DNA from: Promethearchaeota archaeon
GTDB lineage: Archaea; Asgardarchaeota; Lokiarchaeia; Sigyniarchaeales; SOKP01
Assembly (NCBI GenBank): GCA_016930515.1
Contig: JAFGGO010000090.1
Span: 1-25,061 of the forward strand
DNA length: 25,061 bases
Direction: 5' to 3'
In this document: positions 1 to 8,662 of the stretch, piece after piece
Position numbering within the stretch: the first letter of the stretch is position 1
Layout of the letters: the number at the start of each line of letters is the position of its first letter
Program-made: the position numbers and the translations under genes
The notes under the pieces: generated by a model
What the model was told of the DNA's origin: nothing
Databases searched by the model: none
The model's input: the letters and a program-made list of their open reading frames with translations, nothing else

Positions 1-197
1 TAAAACTTTATTTTTTCCAAAAAGATAAAATTATTATTTTCAAGCAGCATATTGGAATGAGAAGATTCAAGAAAAACATAAAATCGATTAATAACGATTC
101 GATAAAAGATTACTACAAAATTTTTTACAATATCGTTTTAAATAGGACTACGAATTAAAATAAACATCTAAATTTAATATTTAAAAAGACGATTTAA

Positions 198-1292
198 ATG
201 AAAAAAAAATCTATAATCCTTCGAATCCTTTTACCTTTCGTGGTATTAACTCTTTTGTCTATTGGAATATTAATGTTCCGAGAACTTTCTGCCGTATTAT
301 TATATCCATATGGCTTGTTGTTGTTTACATATATTTTTTTGATAATATTCACTACCCTTCAAAACAAGACGGAGATAAAAAGAAGGTTCCTGAAATTTTA
401 CACGATAATAATTCCGCTTTTATTATTGATTATAAGCGTCATTGGTCTTGTCAATTCCATATATATGCTTAATTGGGAGTTGAAAGTCTTTTGGACATTA
501 ACAACAATGTCTCTGATAATAATTTTCCCATGGTTATTATTTGCAATAGTGTCAAAACAAAGAGACGAAAAACGCGAGGAAAAAATAAATGCTAAATACA
601 AAAAAATCTCGAAAGCATCTAAAAACCAAGAACAAATTCAGGAAATCATAACACGAGCAAAAATAATTCAGAGAAAAAACGGGATATACTTTTTAATATT
701 AATTATGCTTACGCCATTATCATTCTTTTTAATAATGTATATAATGGGATTGGGAGTTAATCCAATCTTCCTCGACTTCATTGGAGTTTTTTCATTGATT
801 TATTATCCGATTTTGTTAGGAATCATTTTAGCTTTACTTTTATTACAAAAAATTCGACCCAAGGCTTTAAAGAATAGATACATAATGGAATCAGAGGAAG
901 AAATCCAAAAAGAGAGATTGGAAAAATCTAGGCGGAAAGTTGAATTTGACGAAGATGGTCGAAAAATCATTTTAAAATTTCGGGGAGCAAATTTTTTCGG
1001 TCAAGAATCTAAAGGTGTGGCACAAATAAGAGGAAATGGGAATTTGATTTTATATAAGAACGAACTTTTTTTCAAGCAATGGTTACCGAAAAAAATAATC
1101 TCGATTCCCCTTAAAAAAATAAAATCGGTTGATACGACAAGCTTTCATATATATAGATATACAGGAAGGCCCCTCCTGAAGGTCGTTTTTGAAAACGAAA
1201 AAGGACAAAACGATTCGGTTGCCTGGATTGTAGGAATGTTAGACAGGTGGATAACTACCATCAATTCGTTAATACAAGAACAAACTGGTTAA
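198..1292 (+). CDS. Multi-pass membrane protein with a C-terminal PH/GRAM-like beta domain
   Basis: 364 aa with about 6 hydrophobic segments. The soluble tail (GNGNLILYKNELFF...ISIPLKKIKSV...LLKVVF) has a PH-fold-like pattern. Confidence 0.6.
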   Translation: MKKKSIILRILLPFVVLTLLSIGILMFRELSAVLLYPYGLLLFTYIFLIIFTTLQNKTEIKRRFLKFYTIIIPLLLLIISVIGLVNSIYMLNWELKVFWTLTTMSLIIIFPWLLFAIVSKQRDEKREEKINAKYKKISKASKNQEQIQEIITRAKIIQRKNGIYFLILIMLTPLSFFLIMYIMGLGVNPIFLDFIGVFSLIYYPILLGIILALLLLQKIRPKALKNRYIMESEEEIQKERLEKSRRKVEFDEDGRKIILKFRGANFFGQESKGVAQIRGNGNLILYKNELFFKQWLPKKIISIPLKKIKSVDTTSFHIYRYTGRPLLKVVFENEKGQNDSVAWIVGMLDRWITTINSLIQEQTG

Positions 1293-1308
1293 TTTATGGT
1301 TTTTCATC

Positions 1309-1319
1309 TTTTTTTTTTT
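1309..1319 (+). terminator. Oligo-T tract, candidate archaeal terminator
   Basis: 11 consecutive T starting 17 nt after the stop at 1292. The AT-rich background weakens the call. Confidence 0.35.
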
Positions 1320-1419
1320 CAGTGAAATATCTGATAATTCAGAATGAACTTTTTTAATGAATTATAGTATTATTATAAAAGATTTCTAAATAAATTAGGA
1401 TTTTTTTAGGATTTAATTT

Positions 1420-1896
1420 ATCTATAATCTATAAAAAATGAAATTGGTATCTATTCAATCTAAGGGACTTTTTCTTTTAATAAATTAATAAGATTTAATC
1501 CAATTGTTTTAAAGGATTTTATCTTCTTTTTATCTATCCGCATCCATATACTCTTGCAACCTGTCGCAAAAATTCTATTCATAAATTGAAGTGATTGAGG
1601 ACTTTATTTCTATCCATCTCTTAATATCAAGGATTAATTTAGATCCTCCGACATCAACGAGAATTCCTATCGTGTGATTAGTTATATTTTGTAATTGATT
1701 TATATCTGGACCAATTATTGATATCTTATCGTTAGAAATTTCACCTAAGGAAAAATACCTTGCAAGTATAAATCCTAATTCTAAGAATTGCCTTCCGAAA
1801 TCAACGGTAACTCCCCAATTAATTCTAATTTCTTGGGGCTCAAATCATAGAATCTTTTATCTCTTTGGGTTTATTGGTAGAAATACTTTTGCTCAT
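1420..1896 (-). pseudogene. Decayed fragment resembling the N-terminal part of acetyl-CoA decarbonylase/synthase beta subunit (CdhC/AcsB)
   Basis: Hand translation of the minus strand. 1844-1575 gives FEPQEIR..VDFG..GFILAR..EISNDKISIIGPDINQL...TIGILVDVGGSKL. After a frameshift, 1582-1420 gives SIWMRIDKKKIKSFKTIGLNLINLLKEKVP*IE*IPISFFID. This is collinear with recalled CdhC motifs (EGERIR, VEFGG, KITIIGPDI, GILVEVAG, IWMRISK, FPxIEKIQVT). It has frameshifts and in-frame stops. Confidence 0.6.
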
Positions 1897-1982
1897 TATT
1901 TATAATATCTTTATTTGACTATCTAAAAATTATTATTGATATCGAATAATTTACATTCTATTTCATATTTTTATAATTTACA

Positions 1983-3494
1983 TTGAAAAGCTACGATGCT
2001 ATCTTCATTCATCCCCCGAAAAACACATTAGTTCCCAAAAGTATGAATTCGCATTTCGCAAGAGGGACTTATATTTTCGTTCCAATGGGAACATTTGCAA
2101 TTGCAGATCTATTAGAAAAAGAGGGTTTTAGCGTAAAAATAATTAATTATCCATTGGAAAAAATATTAAATCCACACTGGGATTTGCAAAAACATCTCAA
2201 GGAGTTTGAATTTGAATTATGTGGCATAGATCTGCATTGGTTGCATAATTCTTATGGAGCAATAGAAGTTGCAAAGAGCGTCAAGCATGTTAATCCAAAC
2301 GCCAAGGTTTTATTTGGAGGATTTAGCGCTTCTTATTATCACGATGAAATATTGAATCATTTCAAGGTTGTTGACGGTATCGTACGAGGGGAAGGCGAGA
2401 TTCCTTTTTTACAATATCTTAGGGAATATAAAAAGGGATCTGACCTAAGTAATGTTTCTAATTTAACATATAGGAACACATGTGGAAGTATTAAAGTAAA
2501 TCCCTTATCTTATTGTGCCAAAACCTTGGAAAACCTCAATTTTACAAATCTTTCTTTAATGGATCACGCAAAAGAATACATCGAATCGTGTAAAAAGATA
2601 ATGGGAATACCATTCAATTTATCGATCGGTAGGGGATGCCCTTTTAATTGTCCTTTTTGCTCTGGAGGCCAGCAATCGCAACAAAAATTAACGGGTCGCA
2701 TAAAAGTACTTTTAAGAGATCCAAAAAAAATTCTTGATGATATATCTACTTTATATGATGATTATAAAATAGAAAGCGTGTTTTTTGGTCATGGTACATA
2801 TCCTGCTACTTTTAAATATTGGAAAGAATTGTTTGGGTTAATTCGGAATGAAAAATTCGATATTGGTGGTGATATTGAGATCTGGAGATTACCATTTCCT
2901 AAAGATATGTGGAAATTATATTACAAAACATTTACTCAACAAAATACATCTATTAGCATCTCTCCTAGGACTTTATCTCAAAAAGTTCAGAACATGATAG
3001 CCAAAATATGCGATCCAACTTTTAAATTTCCAGAGAATCAAATCGAGAGCTTAATAAAGAACGCTAATTTATATGGTTTGACATTAAGGATTTGGTTGAC
3101 TATTGGTTATCCGTTTCAGACATTAAAAGATATAATCAAGGATTTTTATTTTACTTACAAATGCTTTTGGAAATATGGATTATCCAAATCGAATTCAATT
3201 ACATTTATGAATGAACCATACTATATTTTCCCAAGCTCCCCCGTACATGAACAACCTGAAAAATTTGGATTAAAATTAAAATATAAATCCTTCCTAGAAG
3301 TAATGAACGCCTTTAAACGCTCAAAAATTTCATTTTTTTACAATATTATCAATTACGATAAAAAACACATGTCTGGAGTTTCAATTCAAAACTTGAATAA
3401 GTTACTTCTGGTTAGTTCAATTCCAATGTTTTTAACAGCAAGCAAGAAGAAAAAAGATAAAAAAAAATTAAAAACAAATCCTCCAGAATTATAG
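1983..3494 (+). CDS. B12-binding radical SAM protein, Ta0216/CloN6-like subfamily
   Basis: N-terminal cobalamin-binding domain with GIDLHW..GAIEVA and FGGFSASYY, then RGEGE and GRGCPFNCPFC. TTG start. Confidence 0.8.
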   Translation: MKSYDAIFIHPPKNTLVPKSMNSHFARGTYIFVPMGTFAIADLLEKEGFSVKIINYPLEKILNPHWDLQKHLKEFEFELCGIDLHWLHNSYGAIEVAKSVKHVNPNAKVLFGGFSASYYHDEILNHFKVVDGIVRGEGEIPFLQYLREYKKGSDLSNVSNLTYRNTCGSIKVNPLSYCAKTLENLNFTNLSLMDHAKEYIESCKKIMGIPFNLSIGRGCPFNCPFCSGGQQSQQKLTGRIKVLLRDPKKILDDISTLYDDYKIESVFFGHGTYPATFKYWKELFGLIRNEKFDIGGDIEIWRLPFPKDMWKLYYKTFTQQNTSISISPRTLSQKVQNMIAKICDPTFKFPENQIESLIKNANLYGLTLRIWLTIGYPFQTLKDIIKDFYFTYKCFWKYGLSKSNSITFMNEPYYIFPSSPVHEQPEKFGLKLKYKSFLEVMNAFKRSKISFFYNIINYDKKHMSGVSIQNLNKLLLVSSIPMFLTASKKKKDKKKLKTNPPEL

Positions 3495-3572
3495 AAATAA
3501 GAATTTCATTTATTCAAAGCCTTTTAATAGCACTGTGATTTATATTATTTTATAATTCCAAAAGGTGCATAA

Positions 3573-4289
3573 TTGGTGTTTAAAGCGAAAAAAATATTGA
3601 AAATCAATGTACTTTTAATCGTAATTTTTTTGCTTGCTGACATCCCATTATCGCTTGTTTTGGTTTATTTAGAGAATATTCCTCCTTTTTTGGCATTATT
3701 TTTTGAGTATGTCGAATGTGGGCGCTCAATTTTTATACCATTTTTTCCAAAAATAAATATTTTAGGATTCTTACCGAACGCGGAAGAAATAACCAAATTC
3801 ACATTTGGACATTTGTTCGACATCATCATAGTAGCTAATTTGATCTTACTCGTAGAGACGATAATATATCATTATTATATCAAGAGGAAAGTGAATAATA
3901 AAAAAATTCAGAAATTAATCGGTTTTCAGATATGTCTTGAAGATTTTATCGATAACCCCTCTCATGAATTCTATCCTGATATGGAAAATTTAGAATCTAA
4001 AGAAGATATCATACAAGTATACTTCAAAAATTCTGCGAATAGTTACCTTTACGATAAAGAATTAGATAGTAATGAAATTCATCTTGTGACTAAAAAAGAA
4101 AAATCAAATTTTTTGATTCCTCGTATTTTTTTAAAATTCCATAAAAAATGCGATATAGGGCTATCTTCGTTAAATTTTAAACCATATTCGCCCGAAAAAA
4201 TATCTATTTTATATTCTTTTTCTAAAGCTTTCCTCGTGAACTGTACTCCTTCTTATCCTTGCATTCAAATTCGAGAGGTGGAGCAATAA
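3573..4289 (+). CDS. Hypothetical membrane protein
   Basis: 238 aa with 2-3 N-terminal hydrophobic segments and a soluble C-terminal half. AGGTG RBS before the TTG start. Confidence 0.6.
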   Translation: MVFKAKKILKINVLLIVIFLLADIPLSLVLVYLENIPPFLALFFEYVECGRSIFIPFFPKINILGFLPNAEEITKFTFGHLFDIIIVANLILLVETIIYHYYIKRKVNNKKIQKLIGFQICLEDFIDNPSHEFYPDMENLESKEDIIQVYFKNSANSYLYDKELDSNEIHLVTKKEKSNFLIPRIFLKFHKKCDIGLSSLNFKPYSPEKISILYSFSKAFLVNCTPSYPCIQIREVEQ

Positions 4290-4327
4290 AAATGTGGAAT
4301 ATTCTCTTTCTTATTAACAATAATCGA

Positions 4328-4335
4328 TTTATATA
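4328..4335 (+). promoter_or_regulatory. Candidate TATA box of the core operon
   Basis: TTTATATA in the intergenic gap, about 70 nt upstream of ATG 4402. Confidence 0.35.
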
Positions 4336-4401
4336 TGATTTAAACATTATAAAATTTTTAAAACTAAAAAAATCAACAAATTCAAAAATTAGGTGAAAAT
4401 T

Positions 4402-5772
4402 ATGGATTGGAGTAATGAAATGAAAGAAATGTTTGAGAAAGTAATGTCGATGACGCCAGAAACATTTCGTGAATCGATAAAACCAATGTGGAAAGAAGCC
4501 GCTGAAAAAACAGCAACGCTGAGAAACTCGGGTTTTATTTCCAAGGACGATTTAATTTCGTCTTTATTCGAAATAACTCCTCAAGCATTCCAACCGACGG
4601 TAGTTAAAGATTTAGAAACGCTTGGTATCGATACAGATCGTTATATTAAGATATCTGAAGCGAGAAAAGCCTATACTCGAACATGGGACGAGCTCAGCGG
4701 AGCATTTTTACCAGGGGTATATCATTTTACCATATATTTAACTGATCGATGCAATCAAAATTGTCTCCATTGTGCTGCTGCGGTAATGGATAAACGTCCA
4801 GAATTGCCCACGGAGACTTGGATTGATATTATTGAAAATCTTGAACAGAGTTTGCGAAAACAGAATCGAAGAGGATGTTACATATGGTTTGGGGGAGAAC
4901 CTACTATTCGCAAGGATTTAAAAGACTTAATCAAATATTGCGGAGATAAGGGATATTATCAAGCGGTTGCCACAAATGGAATTTTATTTAATGAGGAACT
5001 TGCAAAATTATGTGCAGATGTTAAGATGAGTCACGTCTTTATTAGCTATGATAGTACTGATCCTAAAAGAGCAGCTAAAATTAGAGGGTATCCCAAAGCA
5101 AAAGAAGCCGCTGAAAAAGCAATTGAAATGGCTTCAAAATATGGTCTTTTTATCATTGGCAACGCAACTGCTCAGAAAGAGAATTTCGATGAATTGGAAA
5201 CCCTAAAAAATTATTTCGATTCAAAGGGCGTAATTCCCTATTTTAGACCATTGATCAAGCAACGTTCTGCGGATAAAAATTGGGAAGAAATAGGATTAAA
5301 CATGGACGAATATCGACAATTCTACGATTTCAAATATAAACATGTTATAGAAGCTATCAGAAAGGGAGAAGGTTCAACGCTTAATAAATTCTATACCTGG
5401 GACATGGTGCCTTTCATGGAGTGTCCTATTAACGATAAGGAACGCGCAGCGATAGAATGGGGTACGGGATGTCAGGCGTGCCGTTCTATTTCCGGAATTG
5501 ACATCAACGGAGATGTATTTCCATGTGATTATCCTTCAGAATTAACCTTGGGCAATGTTCTAGAGCAAGGTTTTGACGAAATTATGGAAACAGAAATGTT
5601 CAAGGCTATTAGAGATAGAAAAATAAAGGGAAAATGTGCAACTTGCCATCATCTTGAATTATGTGGTGGGGGTTGTAGAGTTCACGCTGAAAATGAAACA
5701 GGCGATTTTCTGGCACCGTTTCCATTTTGCTGGCATAAAAACACTCATAAACACGAAAATCAAGAAAATTAA
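4402..5772 (+). CDS. Radical SAM/SPASM protein with an N-terminal DUF2621/PCP_red-like module
   Basis: CNQNCLHC, FGGEP and ATNG motifs. SPASM cysteines: GCQAC..GDVFPC..CATCHHLELCGGGC..PFC. Start moved from GTG 4393 to ATG 4402, because AGGTGA at 4391-4396 is the RBS and MDW matches the MEW start of the paralogs. Confidence 0.88.
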   Translation: MDWSNEMKEMFEKVMSMTPETFRESIKPMWKEAAEKTATLRNSGFISKDDLISSLFEITPQAFQPTVVKDLETLGIDTDRYIKISEARKAYTRTWDELSGAFLPGVYHFTIYLTDRCNQNCLHCAAAVMDKRPELPTETWIDIIENLEQSLRKQNRRGCYIWFGGEPTIRKDLKDLIKYCGDKGYYQAVATNGILFNEELAKLCADVKMSHVFISYDSTDPKRAAKIRGYPKAKEAAEKAIEMASKYGLFIIGNATAQKENFDELETLKNYFDSKGVIPYFRPLIKQRSADKNWEEIGLNMDEYRQFYDFKYKHVIEAIRKGEGSTLNKFYTWDMVPFMECPINDKERAAIEWGTGCQACRSISGIDINGDVFPCDYPSELTLGNVLEQGFDEIMETEMFKAIRDRKIKGKCATCHHLELCGGGCRVHAENETGDFLAPFPFCWHKNTHKHENQEN

Positions 5773-5784
5773 AGGCGAGAATAA

Positions 5785-7185
5785 ATGGAATGGGAAAATA
5801 ATACTCAAATCCTCTTTAATAGGATTGTAGAACAAATGCCGCAAGGATTTAGACCCTCAGTTGAACCTTTAATCTTAGAAGCTTCTGAAAAACGATGTCT
5901 TGAACGAAATGGAGCATATATCAATGATGCGGATGTGGTTTTAGGTATTTTTGACATTATCCCCGAAGCATTTAAACCCGTCATGGTCGAGGACTTAACG
6001 GCTTTAGGAATAGATGTGGAAAGATATATCGAACTTAGGGATATAAAAGATAGATTAAAGGTCTCTTGGGAAAAACTAGAACGAGGATTCCATCCAGGAA
6101 ACATTCATTTTGCCATGTATCTTACCGATAAATGCAATCAAAGATGCATTCATTGCGCTGCAGATGATTTAATACCCAGACCAGAATTACCTTCTGAACA
6201 ATGGATCCAAATCATAGAAAATGTCGAAACAGGTCTTAGAAAACAAGGAAGACACGCCTGCTTCGTATGGTTTGGAGGAGAACCAACATTACGTAAAGAC
6301 ATTGGCGAAATAATGAAATATTGCAACGATAAAGATTACATTCACGCCCTTATTACAAACGGCGTTCGATTTGATGATGAATTCGCAAAAATGTGTAAGA
6401 AAAATAATATTAGCCATGTGTTCGTTAGTTTTGATAGCGTTGACCCTGAAAAGAATGATAGATTACGAGGATTTAAAAACTCCTTACAATATGCAAAGAA
6501 AGCCATTGACATGTGTCTTAAATACGGAATTTTCGTTTGTTCTTCCATTACGATTATGAAAGATAATATTAACGAACTTGAAGAATTGAAAGCTTTATCT
6601 GAGAAATGGGGATCTCAACCTTATTTTAGGTGCGTTGTAAAACAAAATCGAGCTGCAGAACATTGGAGCGAAATAGGCCTTTCGAAGGAGGAATATAGAA
6701 AAATGTACGATTTTAAATTTAAACACGCTATTGAAACGATAAGAAATGGTCAGGCTGGAACTCTTCCTGCTTACGAAATCTACGACATGATGCCATTCAT
6801 GGAAAAACCCAAATCGGATAAAGAACTCGCAGCGATCGAATGGGGTGTAGGTTGTTTGGCTTGTAGGACGATGATGGGGGTAGGGATCGATGGTACTATT
6901 TATCCAGCGGGATATCCTACAAATCTAACGCTTGGAAATGCACTAAAAGACAATTTCGAGGATGTATTGAACTCCCAACTCTATAAAGATATTCGGGATA
7001 GAAAAAGGATAAAAGGAAAATGCGCCAGTTGTCATCATCTTGAACAGTGCGGAGGAGGTTGTCGCGTGACCTCTGAATATATCACGGGAGATTTCTTTGG
7101 CTCTTTCCCGTTCTGCTGGCACGAGAACGATCACGAACACGATACAATTGATTTAAAGAAGAAAGAGATTGAATTAATTGAATGA
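5785..7185 (+). CDS. Radical SAM/SPASM protein with an N-terminal DUF2621/PCP_red-like module (tandem paralog of 4402-5772)
   Basis: CNQRCIHC, FGGEP, ITNG, GCLAC and CASCHHLEQCGGGC..PFC. Collinear with the upstream gene over its full length. Confidence 0.88.
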   Translation: MEWENNTQILFNRIVEQMPQGFRPSVEPLILEASEKRCLERNGAYINDADVVLGIFDIIPEAFKPVMVEDLTALGIDVERYIELRDIKDRLKVSWEKLERGFHPGNIHFAMYLTDKCNQRCIHCAADDLIPRPELPSEQWIQIIENVETGLRKQGRHACFVWFGGEPTLRKDIGEIMKYCNDKDYIHALITNGVRFDDEFAKMCKKNNISHVFVSFDSVDPEKNDRLRGFKNSLQYAKKAIDMCLKYGIFVCSSITIMKDNINELEELKALSEKWGSQPYFRCVVKQNRAAEHWSEIGLSKEEYRKMYDFKFKHAIETIRNGQAGTLPAYEIYDMMPFMEKPKSDKELAAIEWGVGCLACRTMMGVGIDGTIYPAGYPTNLTLGNALKDNFEDVLNSQLYKDIRDRKRIKGKCASCHHLEQCGGGCRVTSEYITGDFFGSFPFCWHENDHEHDTIDLKKKEIELIE

Positions 7186-7200
7186 CCAAGAGGTGAAAAT

Positions 7201-8616
7201 GTGCGAGTATTAATTCTCTCGGCTAGTAGGGAAATTGTCCACGTGATGGTTCCTCCATTGGGAGAAGCATATTTAGCTTCATATTTGCTCTCTCGAGGGC
7301 ATGAAGTAATATTATTGGACTTAACTTTGAGTAATGATTATAAAAAAGATATTTCGAACACTATTTTCGATTTTAATCCTCAAGTCATTGGCATTTCGAT
7401 TCGTAACATTGATTCGACTACATATCCGGGAAATTTATTCTTTTATCTTCCCGTGAAAAATGTCATACAATATGTAAAACAGCTCGTTGAACCAGATATC
7501 CCCATAATACTGGGAGGTGCGGGCTTTTCCATTTTTTCGGAAGAAATTCTAAAGGATTTAAATCATAAAATGGGAATCATAGGTGATGGAGAATATGTTT
7601 TCGAGGCAATAATCAAAAAACTTCAAAATGGTGAAGATCCACGCACAATAGAAAGAGGGGTTTGTTATTTGGATAATCAAGGAAATTATCACCAAACTCC
7701 GCCGTGGCGCGTGGAAAATTTAGACGAATTGCCTTTTCCCATAAGGGATATGATGGATAACGACGCATATCTCATTGATCCATTAGTTCAATCTGGACCT
7801 TTTTGGGGAAATATTCAAACTAAACGGGGTTGCCCCATGAATTGCATATATTGTAGTTATAGATATATAGAAGGCTCTAATGTTCGATATCGTTCTCCCA
7901 AAAATATAGCCGAAGAATTAGATTTAATCGTGAATAATTATGATATAAAAAATGTATTCATTGTCGATAGTCTTTTTAATATTGATTATAAACACGTAAA
8001 AGAAACTTGTATAGAAATTAATAATCAAAATTTAGATTTTAAATGGGGCGCAAATTACGTTCCGAGCAATAAATTTATAGATTTAATGCCGCTCATGAAA
8101 GAAAGCGGAGCGGCTCATTTTGCAACTGGAATTGAATCCTTATCCGAAGATATGCTAAAAAATATGAAAAAAAATAGGACTGCTGACGAGGCAATGCTCA
8201 CATCTAAAAGATGTGTAGAATTGGAAATAGAACAATTAATGCATGTAATGGTTGGAGGGCCAGGAGAAACTCGAGAAACGATTCAAGCGTCTTTAGATCG
8301 CTTGGAAATGATGGAAAGCTACCACGGAGCACTTTGGCAAGGGGATGGAGACGTTCTCATCTTCGTGGGTATAAGAATTTATCCTAATACCATCCTTCAA
8401 ACTATTGCAGTAAAAGATGGTATAATAAAAAAAGGAGAAAACCTGTTAAAACCTAAATTTTACCTAACACCGAACATTAAAGAAGTCGATCTTTTTCAAA
8501 TCGTTCGGAATTATGGTATTAAAAATCCCAGGTGGATGATGCCTGGTCTGGGATTTAATAATCCCAAAGGATTTGCTGAAATGAGTAATATACAATTCGC
8601 AAAATATCAAAATTAA
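7201..8616 (+). CDS. B12-binding radical SAM protein, GISIRNID type (BzaD/TsrM/ladderane-cluster-like group); putative C-methyltransferase
   Basis: PPLG, GISIRNID, LGGAGFS, GDGE, QTKRGCPMNCIYC and GGPGET motifs. AGGTGA RBS at 7191-7196 before GTG. Confidence 0.8.
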   Translation: MRVLILSASREIVHVMVPPLGEAYLASYLLSRGHEVILLDLTLSNDYKKDISNTIFDFNPQVIGISIRNIDSTTYPGNLFFYLPVKNVIQYVKQLVEPDIPIILGGAGFSIFSEEILKDLNHKMGIIGDGEYVFEAIIKKLQNGEDPRTIERGVCYLDNQGNYHQTPPWRVENLDELPFPIRDMMDNDAYLIDPLVQSGPFWGNIQTKRGCPMNCIYCSYRYIEGSNVRYRSPKNIAEELDLIVNNYDIKNVFIVDSLFNIDYKHVKETCIEINNQNLDFKWGANYVPSNKFIDLMPLMKESGAAHFATGIESLSEDMLKNMKKNRTADEAMLTSKRCVELEIEQLMHVMVGGPGETRETIQASLDRLEMMESYHGALWQGDGDVLIFVGIRIYPNTILQTIAVKDGIIKKGENLLKPKFYLTPNIKEVDLFQIVRNYGIKNPRWMMPGLGFNNPKGFAEMSNIQFAKYQN

Positions 8617-8662
8617 CCATAAAAAATTCAAAATAAAAAACTTATAATGTAGGAGAAAAAGA

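Noticed and set aside
1840-1847. In-frame TGA/TAG codons in the pseudogenes as Sec/Pyl recoding
   Set aside because: They are accompanied by frameshifts and do not sit at Cys-like positions. Other genes in the window end normally at TGA and TAG.
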